Source: Candidatus Krumholzibacteriia bacterium
GTDB taxonomy: Bacteria > Krumholzibacteriota > Krumholzibacteriia > JAJRXK01
DNA: 64,000 nucleotides
NCBI GenBank assembly: GCA_041484665.1
Contig: JBGPIA010000002.1
Span: 1 to 64,000 of the forward strand
Direction of reading: 5' to 3'
Within the stretch, counting starts at the first letter, position 1. Every line of letters starts with the position of its first letter. Under the pieces are notes generated by a model. That model ran no database searches. It was not told where the DNA came from and worked only from the letters and a program-made list of their open reading frames with translations. Below are positions 38,876-48,437 of this stretch, in pieces. The translations under genes and the position numbers were made by a program.

Positions 38876-39442
38876 ATGGTGAGGAATCTCGGCACCCTTG
38901 CTCGTGAGCTGAGCATCGCACAGATCCAGACGTTGTTGACCATCAAGCAGCGGCTGGTGGAGATGGAGAAGCTGCAGAATCAGCTCCAGACCATGGATGC
39001 CCAGATCACGCAGCTGGCGCGCAGCAGCCGCACCGGCCGCGGGAAGACGGGCGGGCGCAAGGGCAGAGGGCGTCGCAGGACCGCGACCTTGAGCGCCACA
39101 ACCCGGCGTCGGCGCGTCGGCCGTCCAGCGGCCAGCTTGAAGGGCGCCGCCCGGCCGGTGCTGCGGCGGGGCCGTACTACCCGCAAGGCCGCCGCGCGCG
39201 TCGGGAAGGGGAACGTGATCGTCCGCCGCGGCCGTGGCAAGGGCGGCAAGAGCCTCGAGCAGACCATTGTCGACCTACTCAAGAGCAATGCCAAGCCCAT
39301 GAAGTTCCCCGACATCAAGACCACGATCCTCCGCCGCAAGCTGTTCAAGACCCGCTCGAAGAACTTCGACAACGTGTTACGGCGCACGATCTCCTCCAGC
39401 AGGGTGATCCGGCGCATCTCGCGCGGCGTCTACAACGCCTGA
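38876..39442 (+). CDS. Highly basic protein: coiled coil + K/R-rich linker + putative winged-helix domain
   Basis: ATG 38876 after AAGGAAGGA. C-terminus SLEQTIVDLLK...PMKFPDI...KTRSKNF..VL...ISRGVY resembles a HARE-HTH/wHTH domain. Confidence 0.75.
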   Translation: MVRNLGTLARELSIAQIQTLLTIKQRLVEMEKLQNQLQTMDAQITQLARSSRTGRGKTGGRKGRGRRRTATLSATTRRRRVGRPAASLKGAARPVLRRGRTTRKAAARVGKGNVIVRRGRGKGGKSLEQTIVDLLKSNAKPMKFPDIKTTILRRKLFKTRSKNFDNVLRRTISSSRVIRRISRGVYNA

Positions 39443-39483
39443 GCCAGGCGGTATCCGCCAGGGCCAACACCGGCCACGCGGAA

Positions 39484-39519
39484 GCGGCGGGGGGGAATCC
39501 CTCCCGCCGTTCTGCCTTC
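39484..39519 (+). terminator. Putative terminator hairpin
   Basis: Stem gcggcggggggg / ccctcccgccgt with a weak pyrimidine tail, lying between convergent genes. Confidence 0.4.
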
Positions 39520-39632
39520 AGCGACCTGGGGGTCTCGCGGGTGGGCGCCCCCTGGCGGGGGCAACGCGATCCGTACAAGCGTGAGCCGTCCCTGCAGGCA
39601 GCCGCGCGCTGGCTGGCGGCCGACCCCTGGCG

Positions 39633-41858
39633 CTACGGCGAGGGGTGCGTGAGCGGCGTGCCGTCCAGCTCGGCAGGCACTGCGGCTCCGTAGGCGGCCA
39701 ATACGGTGGCGGCCACATCCTGGATGTGGCGAGGGCGGTCCGGCAGCACCCGGTTGCAGAAGAAGATCCCGCTGCTGATCTCCGGCGCCACGCTGCAGTG
39801 GTCCCCGCTCCAATTATTGCGGTTGTCCTCGAATACCTCCGGCGGGATCCCGCCGGCTGCGGTCTGCCACGATACGCGGTAGCCGTCGTTGAAACCCACG
39901 AACAGGTCGGCAGCCAGCGGCACGCGCGCGCCGTGGAACACCTCCTCGCGCCGCTTGACCTCGTGCACCACCGGCAGGTCGGGGAACTGGGGATCACGCA
40001 GCTGCATCAGCTTGTCGATGATCGAGGAGCGCACGCTCTCGTAATCGGATTGGCTAACGGCGCCGTTGCGCTCGCGCTGCCGCAGATTTACGTAGATGCT
40101 GCCCAGTCCCAGGCAGAAGGCCTGGGTGCGCGACCAGTCCACGTTCTTGAAGAAGCGTCCCTCCGGGTCGAACAGGTCCTCGAGCTTCTGGTAGTTGGCT
40201 TCGGCGGAGAGACCCCGCAGCGTCATGAATCCATTGCGCACCAGCCAGGTATTGAGGCTGACGCCGCGCCGGAAGCTGTGGAATCCGTGGTCGCTCACCA
40301 CCAGGAGCAGCGTCTGGTCATCGACGTGCTGGGCAACGACCTGGCCGACGATCCGGTCCATCTGTTGGTAGACCCATGGGATGCGGTCGCCGTACTTGGC
40401 CGCCAACTGCGCGTCGTAGAAGGGGTGCTGCGGGTCGATGAAGCGGTACATCATGTGCTGCATGCGGTCGGTCTCGAGGAAGACGCCCACGAACAGGTCC
40501 CAGTCGGCGCGGGCCAGCTCGCCCATGATCACCCGCTCGCGGTTGCGCAGGCTGAACTCGAGGTCCTGCAGGAACGTATCGATGTCGATGGCGTCGTCCT
40601 TCAGCGGATTGGTCGCCTCGGTCCAGCCGATGGTCTCGCGCAGGCCGTACCGCCGGGCGAGGTCGGACGCCAGCTCGTGCGGCGTGCTGATGTGGACCGT
40701 GGGCGGCAGATGGTGCGGATCCCAGTTGAGGGGCTCCTGGTAGAGGCGGAACTCGGGCTCGGTCGCCATGAGCTTGAAGCGCGTCATCCCGATGAGCTTC
40801 ACCAACGGATTGAGGCGGAACGTAAGGTGTACCCAGTCGCTCCACTGCCCGGCGCCGAGATCGATGCGCTGTCCTTGCACGGTGAGGCGCAGCGACTGCG
40901 GGCCAGTGCGCTCGATGGTCATGGGCACCGGGATCTCGGGTCGGCTTCCCTGCGCGTCGCGCTCGGCCAGGAAGTTGCGCGGCCCCCGGATCTCGGTCGT
41001 GCCGTGACCGCCATTCATCACCACGTGCACGAGGTTGCCGCCCGTCTCGGAGAAGGGCTTGTCAAAACTGGCCGAGCTGAACAGCGTCCAGTAGCCCCAG
41101 GTCTGGCGCAGGTCCGGGGTGCCCAGCCCGGTGGTAAGGTGCAGCCCCGCCACACCCTGCGGGGCAGGAAAGGTGACCGGCGCGTCGATCACGGTGCAGC
41201 GCACGCCCGCCGGTGAGAGCCGCTCCCAGAAGGGGATGCCCCCGCGCGTGGATCGGGCGGAAGGCAGCTCGTAGGGGACCCAACGCAGGAGCGCCACGAC
41301 CGCCACCACGCACGCGAGCGCGGCCAGCGCGCCGGCCAGGGGCGCGGCCGTCCGGGCGCGCGCCCGCATCAGGCGCAGCACCAGGAACGCCACCAGGAAC
41401 ACCGCCGCGCCGGCAGCCGCGCACAGGGCCAGGCGCACGCGCTTGTCCGGCAGCAGCGGCTGCGTTATTTCCTCGGCCAGCGCGATCTCCGGGTAGTACG
41501 TCCCGGGCTTGCGGTGCAGGAAGTCGAAGATGCCGTGCTGGCCAGGGTTCTGCCCCGTCGCGAACGTCGCCCAGCTTACGGGCGACTCGGCGGGCGTCGT
41601 GGTGCCCAGCGGGCTGAAGGTTCCGGCAAGCGCGAGCGCCTTCAGGTGGGGGAGCTGCCCCTGGTCCATGTACTGCTGGACGAGCTTGGGGTCGATCCCG
41701 TCGAAACCCAGGACGATCACCCGCGGATGGGCGCGCGCCGCCTGCGCCGCGGCCAGTGCGGGGACGGACAGCAGCGCGAGGGCCAGCGCGGTGGAGGCGG
41801 CGAACCAACGCCGCCGGCGTGGCCGCGCTGCGCCGACGGTGGACGGACGACAATGCAC
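39633..41858 (-). CDS. Alkaline phosphatase superfamily / type I phosphodiesterase-nucleotide pyrophosphatase
   Basis: VLGFDGID, TTPAESPVSWATFATG.NPG.HGIFDF, DRMQH, VVSDHGF, WSGDHC. Confidence 0.88.
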   Translation of the reverse strand: MHCRPSTVGAARPRRRRWFAASTALALALLSVPALAAAQAARAHPRVIVLGFDGIDPKLVQQYMDQGQLPHLKALALAGTFSPLGTTTPAESPVSWATFATGQNPGQHGIFDFLHRKPGTYYPEIALAEEITQPLLPDKRVRLALCAAAGAAVFLVAFLVLRLMRARARTAAPLAGALAALACVVAVVALLRWVPYELPSARSTRGGIPFWERLSPAGVRCTVIDAPVTFPAPQGVAGLHLTTGLGTPDLRQTWGYWTLFSSASFDKPFSETGGNLVHVVMNGGHGTTEIRGPRNFLAERDAQGSRPEIPVPMTIERTGPQSLRLTVQGQRIDLGAGQWSDWVHLTFRLNPLVKLIGMTRFKLMATEPEFRLYQEPLNWDPHHLPPTVHISTPHELASDLARRYGLRETIGWTEATNPLKDDAIDIDTFLQDLEFSLRNRERVIMGELARADWDLFVGVFLETDRMQHMMYRFIDPQHPFYDAQLAAKYGDRIPWVYQQMDRIVGQVVAQHVDDQTLLLVVSDHGFHSFRRGVSLNTWLVRNGFMTLRGLSAEANYQKLEDLFDPEGRFFKNVDWSRTQAFCLGLGSIYVNLRQRERNGAVSQSDYESVRSSIIDKLMQLRDPQFPDLPVVHEVKRREEVFHGARVPLAADLFVGFNDGYRVSWQTAAGGIPPEVFEDNRNNWSGDHCSVAPEISSGIFFCNRVLPDRPRHIQDVAATVLAAYGAAVPAELDGTPLTHPSP

Positions 41859-41914
41859 GGTGCGGACTCCAGTCAGTGGGCGTCGGGGAAAAGCGATGCG
41901 GGCGAGCAGGGCGG

Positions 41915-42943
41915 CTAGGTCCCGGGCAGTGCGCGCGCCCCGCGCAGCACACCCTCGATGAGCTGGACGTCCTCGACGCTGCCGATGAACAGAGGGACGC
42001 GCTCGTGCAGCGAGCGGGGCTCGCGGCGCAGGATGGGCCCCTCGCCGTCGCTGGCATAGCCTCCTGCCTGATCCACGATGTACGCCAACGGGGCCGCCTC
42101 GTACAGCAGGCGCAGCTTCGGCTTGGGTGACTCACCCGGATGGCGCGCGACCGCCGGATAGAGGAACACGCCGCCCCGCAGCAGATTGCGGTGGAAGTCG
42201 GCGACCAGGCTCCCCGCGTAGCGCGCGGTCAGCGGCGGGTGGCCCTCCCAACCGCGCCGGAGCTGGTCCACGATCGCGCCCACGCGCGGGTCGGCCAGGG
42301 GCAGGTTGGCGTCGTTGACGCTGTAGATACGGCCTTGGCGGGGGATGCGGATGTCCTCGTGGGAAAGGAGGAACTCCCCGACGGAGGGATCGAGCGTGAA
42401 GCCGTGCACGCCCGTCCCGGCCGTGTAGACGAACATCGTACTGCTGCCGTAGACCACGTAGCCCGCCGCCACCTGGCGATAGCCGCCCTGCAGCAGATCC
42501 TGCAGCGTGCCCGGCCCCTCGCGCGTGACGCGCCGGAAGATGGAGAAGATCGTCCCGATGGAGATGTTGACGTCGATGTTGCTGGATCCATCGAGCGGGT
42601 CGAACACCAGCACGTAGCGGCCGCAAGGATAGCCCGGCTCGATGGCGACGGGCTGCTCCCACTCCTCGCTGGCCATGACGCAAACGTGCCCGCTGCGCCC
42701 GGCGATGCGCGCGAGGGTCTCGTGGGCGTAGACGTCGAGTTTCTGCACGCGCTCGCCCTGGACGTTCTCGCCGCCCGCCTCGCCCAGGATATCCACCAGG
42801 CCGGCGCGATTGACGTGGGCCGCGATCACCTTGGCGGCGAAGGCCACGTCGCTCAGCAGACCCGAGAACGCCCCCCGCGCTTCCGGGTAGCGCCGCTGCG
42901 CGTCCATGATCTGGCGTTCGATCGTGATGATGTTGGGTCCCAC
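41915..42943 (-). CDS. fbp: Fructose-1,6-bisphosphatase class 1
   Basis: NVQGE.VQKLDV, ASEE, FDPLDGSSNIDVN, RYAGSLVADFHRNLLRGG, KLRLLYEA. Confidence 0.97.
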   Translation of the reverse strand: MGPNIITIERQIMDAQRRYPEARGAFSGLLSDVAFAAKVIAAHVNRAGLVDILGEAGGENVQGERVQKLDVYAHETLARIAGRSGHVCVMASEEWEQPVAIEPGYPCGRYVLVFDPLDGSSNIDVNISIGTIFSIFRRVTREGPGTLQDLLQGGYRQVAAGYVVYGSSTMFVYTAGTGVHGFTLDPSVGEFLLSHEDIRIPRQGRIYSVNDANLPLADPRVGAIVDQLRRGWEGHPPLTARYAGSLVADFHRNLLRGGVFLYPAVARHPGESPKPKLRLLYEAAPLAYIVDQAGGYASDGEGPILRREPRSLHERVPLFIGSVEDVQLIEGVLRGARALPGT

Positions 42944-43236
42944 GCCCCGCCTTCACCCGGCCTTCCGCGCACCATCCCGTCGCGCAGCATCGCGCGGCAC
43001 GCCATTCGACCGCGCCGGTGCCCACTCGCCCGCGCGCAACCGCTCCATGATAACAAAGGCTGCCCGCAGTGTCTCGCCGCAGGGTTCTCGCGCGGGCGTC
43101 CGGCAGGGCCGCCACACGGCCGCGCCGGAGCCGGGTCGCCCTCGCCCGGCCAGCGCCGGCACGCAAACGGGTGACTCCGCCGCGTTGTTCCACTATCCTG
43201 GCAGCCCGCCGCCCCCCGAGGCGGGGAGGAGCCGCG

Positions 43237-44124
43237 ATGGTCAAGCTGCGCAAGACGTACGACCGCTGGCTCGAGGCGCTGTGCCTCGACATGGAGGACA
43301 AGTTCGTGGCGTTCCTCCGCCAGACGGGGCGCGCGGTGGAGATCGACAACGTGGTGGTCGATTCCCAGGAGTTGTTCGCGCGCCACTTCACCTGTGATAC
43401 GACGACCTGCGACCCGACCCTGCGTGGCCGCGCCATGCGCTCCTGTTGCTGCGAGCTCACCGTCGACCTGACCTGGGACGAGGCGCGCCGGATCGAGGAG
43501 CACCTGCCGGACATCCGGGCAGTCATGGAGGAGGCGGCGCAAGCGCCAGGGCTCGCGGTCCTCGACCGCGGCGCGTTCCACGTCATGGCCGACGACTTCT
43601 CGCCGCAGCTGGCCAAGCACCGCTGGGGCTGCGTATTCGCCTACCGCGAGGAGGGCCGCTCGTTCCGTTGCGCCGTGCACGCGGCGGCGCTGCGCTTGGG
43701 CCTGCCCATCACAGCGCTCAAGCCCAACATCTGCAGTCTGTGGCCGCTGGCGCTCATCGAATACCAGACGGGTCAGTACGTCCTCACGGCCCTCACCGAC
43801 GAGACCGGGGGGCTGCTGGAGGACGACGAGCAGCACGCGCGCTACGCCTGCCTGAAGAATGACCGCAAGGGCCCGCCCCTCTATCGTGAGTTCACGGGGC
43901 TGCTCGCCGAGCTGTTCGGAGCGGAGTTCATCGCGCGCCTGGACGCGGAGTACGAGCGTTGGGAGGAGCGGGAGCGGTCGCAGCCCGCTGCCACCGCCGT
44001 GCCGGCGCAGCCGCCGCCGACGCCGGTGCGGCGCCCGCGCAACGGCGGGCGGCCGGCCGAATCTCATCCTACGGATACGCAGCCGCCGCGAGGGCGCCGC
44101 GCTGCGGATGCGCGTCACCGGTAG
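43237..44124 (+). CDS. DUF3109-like cysteine-cluster protein
   Basis: ATG 43237 after GGAGGAG. FTCD...C...SCCCE, GCVF, CAVH, KPNICSLWPL. Confidence 0.7.
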   Translation: MVKLRKTYDRWLEALCLDMEDKFVAFLRQTGRAVEIDNVVVDSQELFARHFTCDTTTCDPTLRGRAMRSCCCELTVDLTWDEARRIEEHLPDIRAVMEEAAQAPGLAVLDRGAFHVMADDFSPQLAKHRWGCVFAYREEGRSFRCAVHAAALRLGLPITALKPNICSLWPLALIEYQTGQYVLTALTDETGGLLEDDEQHARYACLKNDRKGPPLYREFTGLLAELFGAEFIARLDAEYERWEERERSQPAATAVPAQPPPTPVRRPRNGGRPAESHPTDTQPPRGRRAADARHR

Positions 44125-46124
44125 TTGGCGCTCAGCTCGCCGGCTCCCTGTGGCAGCGCGACCAGGCGCAGCTCGCGGCCAAACGACGAGGAGCGGCGGC
44201 TCTCCGCAGGCTGCCAGGACGCTTCCCAGCTGGTAAGCGTCAACCGGCGCCAGTGCAGCGGCAGCGCCACGGCCAGTCCCGCCTGCGCGGCGCCGGCCGG
44301 GGCCTCCACATGGACGCGCAGCAGGCCGCCGCCGTAGACCCAGCGCACGTGCGCCTGGGCGCGCAGCTCCCAGAAGTCCAGGAGCGCGGTCATCGTCGCC
44401 AACTGGTGGTTGCGACGCTGCGCGAGCTCCGGTAGCGCATCCCACATCCGGAACAGCTCCGCCGACGGGGTCTCCCCGAAGACGTCGGGGTGGAAGAGCA
44501 GCGCGACCGGACCGTGTCCGCCGACGGCATTGGTTCGCAGCCAGCGGTCCACCCGCGCGCGATCGACGCCCCCATCGGTGTCGCCCCAGAGGAACGGTAC
44601 CTCCCAGAGCGGGTAGGCGAGCCCGCGCCGATCGATGGGGCGGAAGGGGACGGCGCTGCCGAACAGCCAGCCCGCGGCACCGTGGTCCGGGCCGTAGCTC
44701 GAGTCGCCGCGGAAGCCCGCGCCCACCAGCCATCGCCAGCCGCGGTCCACGTCGTCGGGCCAGAGCAGGGAGTGGTTGCGATTGAGCGTCAGCGGCGTCC
44801 CGGCGGGTAGGCGCGCCACGAGGCCCTCTCGCTGCTCCACGATCGACGGCAGCTGGGCGAGCGGCTGGAAGCGCCACGCGCCGATCCGCCGGCGGGGCGA
44901 ACGCTCGTCCTTCCAGGTGGCCCCCACCGGCAGCCGTGCCTGTAGCCCAATCTCGGCGCCGTCGGCCAGCGGCCCCCCCTCACCTTCTACCGTGAGCCGC
45001 GCATCGGGCGCCATCAAGTACAGCGTGGACGGAGCTCCGCGTCCGGCCTGGGCGCGCGTCATCCAGCGGGACGTGTCGCGCCAGCCGTCGTCGTCGTGCG
45101 TCAGGAGCACCCATCCGTCGCGCGCCAGCGGGGCCGGCCAGACGCTGGCCCACGGAGCGGGAGCGAGCTCGGCATCAAACAACGCCGCGATCCAGGCGTC
45201 CAGCCATGGTGCGTCGGCCTGCAGCAGCGACCGCGTTGCGACGAGGTCGTTGGTCTCGCCGGGGCCGGCGAGCACGCCCGCGTAGCGATCCGGCAGATGG
45301 AAGCCGGGGTCCGGCACGCCCTGGCGAATGCTCAGCGCGAGGTCGCCGACGTCCAGCGCGCAGATGAGCCACGCACCCGCCCCTTCGTCCAGCCGCCACA
45401 GCGCGGGGCGGCCTCCCATGTCCAGGATGGGGCGGGCGAGGGCGCGCGCCGAGGCCGCGGGCGCATAGCGGGACACGCGCACGGGCAGCGGCAGCGGTGG
45501 TGGGTCGGGCAACGGCACGTCGAGCGTGGGAGCCCGCAGGCGTGGCGCGGGCGCCCAGGTCAGCTCGGGCACGACCTCCTCGCCCTGCAGGTCCAGGCCC
45601 ATCTCCTTGGCCCAAAGCGGGGGCGGGGCCTCCAGCACCACGACCAGTCCCTGCGAAACGTGTGGGCGCAGCGCCGATACCCACCCCGCGTCCAGTCCGG
45701 CCAGCGTCCGGCGCGGTAGCACCAGCACCGCGCGGTTCTGCAGCGCTGCGTCGATGTCGCGCCCGACCTCTTCGGTGGCCAGCACGTCGCAACCACCAAA
45801 GGCCTGGGTGAGGACGTTGGACCACTCGAGGTCCGCCGCGCGCTGTGCCGGTGTGCGCGGAGCGCGGCCCTTGTACGTCTCCCAGCGCACCGCCAGGAGC
45901 ACGGGATGGTCCGTCGCGCGGCGCGGGAAGGCGGCACCGCCTTGCGGCTGACGGGTGGGCAGGTGGATCGGATGGGCGTCGCACCAGAGCGCAGCGGCGC
46001 ACAGCACCAGCAGCACGCCGCTCAGTCGCGCCCGTGCGCGTCGGCGCCGGCCGGCGGGCTGCGGGCGGGTCCGGGCCGGACCCGCAACTCCCGCACCGCG
46101 CGAGCTCGGCTCGAAGCCGATCAT
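44115..46124 (-). CDS. Membrane-anchored polysaccharide deacetylase-like protein (paralog 2)
   Basis: Signal anchor. LLTHDDD, EIGLQ, NRNHSLLW, DSSYGP, EVPF..GD, LLFHP. Confidence 0.7.
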   Translation of the reverse strand: MIGFEPSSRGAGVAGPARTRPQPAGRRRRARARLSGVLLVLCAAALWCDAHPIHLPTRQPQGGAAFPRRATDHPVLLAVRWETYKGRAPRTPAQRAADLEWSNVLTQAFGGCDVLATEEVGRDIDAALQNRAVLVLPRRTLAGLDAGWVSALRPHVSQGLVVVLEAPPPLWAKEMGLDLQGEEVVPELTWAPAPRLRAPTLDVPLPDPPPLPLPVRVSRYAPAASARALARPILDMGGRPALWRLDEGAGAWLICALDVGDLALSIRQGVPDPGFHLPDRYAGVLAGPGETNDLVATRSLLQADAPWLDAWIAALFDAELAPAPWASVWPAPLARDGWVLLTHDDDGWRDTSRWMTRAQAGRGAPSTLYLMAPDARLTVEGEGGPLADGAEIGLQARLPVGATWKDERSPRRRIGAWRFQPLAQLPSIVEQREGLVARLPAGTPLTLNRNHSLLWPDDVDRGWRWLVGAGFRGDSSYGPDHGAAGWLFGSAVPFRPIDRRGLAYPLWEVPFLWGDTDGGVDRARVDRWLRTNAVGGHGPVALLFHPDVFGETPSAELFRMWDALPELAQRRNHQLATMTALLDFWELRAQAHVRWVYGGGLLRVHVEAPAGAAQAGLAVALPLHWRRLTLTSWEASWQPAESRRSSSFGRELRLVALPQGAGELSANYR

Positions 46125-48055
46125 GGCTGCCCCGCGCCGCCGTACACGGCGACGATGGTGTGTTCGCCCGCTGGAAGCGGGATCTGCACCCAGCCCCAGC
46201 GCTCCGCCGGCGGCGCCGGCAGCGTCCCACCATCGAGTTCGATGGCGCGCAGCAGCCCCAAGCCCGCCGCGCTCGGAGTGAGCTCGAGCGCTTGGCCTTC
46301 TCCCACGACGTGGAGCTGGAAACGGCGCCGACCGCGGCCCGCGTCCGCCTCCACCAGGAGCGCGCGTCCCTGCAGGCGAGCGTGGCGGAAGGCGAGGTAG
46401 TGGCTCATGCTCATGACCGGATGGCGGTGATGGGCCGCCGCCGAGAAGCTCTGCAGCAGGCCGCGCATGCGGAACGCGTCGGGGTTTCGCTGCATGGTCG
46501 CCGTGTGGAAGATCGGCGTCAACACGCAGTGGTAGCCGGCCTCCGAGTCGGCCAGCAGCTGCTCCTGGAGCGCCGGATCGTAGCGCTTGTCATCCTGGAA
46601 GCAGAACGGCAGCTCCAAAAGCGCGAACGGGTACCCGGTGACGTCGAGCGGGTGGTAGGGACGGCCGGTCTCAAATACGTAGCCGAATCGACCCTCAGCG
46701 GGCCCGTAGCTGGAGTCCAGCTCGAAGTGCTGCGCCTGCAAGATGCGCAGCGTGCGCGTCCAGTGACCGTCCCAGAGCAGTGCGTGAGTGCGGTTCATCG
46801 TCACCGCCGGGGCACCCGCGGGCAGGCGCCGCTGCAGCGCCTGCACCTGGTCGGCGAGATTGAGCTCCTTGGCCAGGGGGCGCCAGGGCCCCACGCCGAT
46901 GCGCCGGACCTGGTGGAGCCAGGAACCGCGGTTCCACTGCAGCTGCACGTCGCAGCCGGCCTGGAGCATGGCCGACGTCCCGGCCACCGTGATCCGATCG
47001 GGGATGGCGAAGAATGTGCTACTGGCGCCCTCGCTCGCCGCGAGATCGCTCAAGAACGTCGAGCGATCGCCGAAACTGTCCTCGTCGTGCGTCATGACGA
47101 AGAGCCCGGCCGTTCCGGCGGGCAGCGGGCTGAGGCGTGCGGTGGGCGCCAGCGCGAACCCAGATGCGAGCACCGTGCGCGCCAGCAGGTCGGCCCGCGG
47201 CACCCAGGCCACTACGCGCGTAGGGTCGGCCACGAGATCGTCGGGCTCCACGCCGCGCTCCGGGCCATGGCTGTTGTGCGTTCCGTGTACCGAGAAATCG
47301 TCCTGGGGCACACCCTGCCACAGGGCGGTGAGCCAGCGGCCCAGGTCGCAGGCGAGCACGACAACCGCACCGCGCTCCCACGCCAGACGCCACGCGGCCG
47401 CGCCGCCGTCGAGCCAGAGCAGTGCCTGGTCGTCCGGGGGGCACGCCGACGGTCGCTGGCACGTCGTGATCACGGGCATCCCGTCCGCCCAACCCGGCGG
47501 CGCGTAGGGAAGCATGGGGGCGACGCGGGTCAGGCGGCGCGGCGCAAACGCCTGCGCCGACAGCCCAACGCGCGTCGGTCGCAACACGCTGTCGTCGGGT
47601 TGCTCGAGGATGAGGAGCGAGCCCTGCTCCGCCAACTGGAACAGAGCAGTCGTGAGGTCGGCGGCCAGCGCACCGCAGGACCGGGTGACCACCGCGACCA
47701 GGGGGCGCCCGCGCTCCGTGGTCTTCCGGAGATCCGCCGCCCCCGCCAGGCGGACGTCGAGGCAGCGCGTGGCTCCGGCCTCTTCCTCGAGCACTGACAG
47801 CCAGGCCAGGCTGCAGTCCAGTTGCGCGGAGGATCCCCCGGCCGCCGCGGCCTCGACCCTGGCGCCGTCGTAGAGGAGCAGCGCCGAGGGTGCTGCGACG
47901 GCGGCGGGCGGCTCGGCCGGCTGCTCGGCGTCGGGGTTGTCGAGCCAGACTGGTTTGCGGCCGTAGTGCTGCGCCACCACGGCCGCAGCGCCGCACAGTG
48001 CAAGCAGCGACGCCGCGAGCGCCTTGCGCCTCAACACTCCCCGCCGCGCGACCAT
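46121..48055 (-). CDS. Membrane-anchored polysaccharide deacetylase-like protein (paralog 1)
   Basis: Signal anchor. VMTHDED, DVQLQ, NRTHALLW, DSSYGP, ELPFCFQD, IFHT. ATGA-coupled to paralog 2. Confidence 0.7.
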   Translation of the reverse strand: MVARRGVLRRKALAASLLALCGAAAVVAQHYGRKPVWLDNPDAEQPAEPPAAVAAPSALLLYDGARVEAAAAGGSSAQLDCSLAWLSVLEEEAGATRCLDVRLAGAADLRKTTERGRPLVAVVTRSCGALAADLTTALFQLAEQGSLLILEQPDDSVLRPTRVGLSAQAFAPRRLTRVAPMLPYAPPGWADGMPVITTCQRPSACPPDDQALLWLDGGAAAWRLAWERGAVVVLACDLGRWLTALWQGVPQDDFSVHGTHNSHGPERGVEPDDLVADPTRVVAWVPRADLLARTVLASGFALAPTARLSPLPAGTAGLFVMTHDEDSFGDRSTFLSDLAASEGASSTFFAIPDRITVAGTSAMLQAGCDVQLQWNRGSWLHQVRRIGVGPWRPLAKELNLADQVQALQRRLPAGAPAVTMNRTHALLWDGHWTRTLRILQAQHFELDSSYGPAEGRFGYVFETGRPYHPLDVTGYPFALLELPFCFQDDKRYDPALQEQLLADSEAGYHCVLTPIFHTATMQRNPDAFRMRGLLQSFSAAAHHRHPVMSMSHYLAFRHARLQGRALLVEADAGRGRRRFQLHVVGEGQALELTPSAAGLGLLRAIELDGGTLPAPPAERWGWVQIPLPAGEHTIVAVYGGAGQP

Positions 48056-48065
48056 GGTGGAGCCC

Positions 48066-48437
48066 TCAACCGCTCAGGCTCACCAGCAGCACTCCGGCCA
48101 CGATCAGGGCACTGCCCAACAGGCGCGGGCGCGTGACGGCCTCGCCGAACGCCATCCGCGCGGCCAGCATGATCCCCACGTAGCTCAGGCTGATGAACGG
48201 GAACGCAAAGCTCAGCTCCACGAGAGCGAGCGCAGAGAGCCACATGAAGGTGGAGACCCCGTAGAGGCAAAGGCCCAGCACCAGGCGGGAGGCTCCCTGG
48301 CGCCAGTGGCGCCTGGAGGTCGTCCGGCCGACGCGCCCGACGCGGATCATGGCGCTCTTGAGGCAGACCTGCGCCAGCACCGCGGAGCCAACGCTGGCCA
48401 GGATGAAGGGGAGCGCGGCGTGCGGGTCGTGCGTCAT
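48066..48437 (-). CDS. SMR/EamA small membrane protein (ArnE/ArnF-like)
   Basis: Four TM segments. LAQVCLK, WL.AL..VELSFAFPF.SLSYV, FGE. Confidence 0.85.
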   Translation of the reverse strand: MTHDPHAALPFILASVGSAVLAQVCLKSAMIRVGRVGRTTSRRHWRQGASRLVLGLCLYGVSTFMWLSALALVELSFAFPFISLSYVGIMLAARMAFGEAVTRPRLLGSALIVAGVLLVSLSG

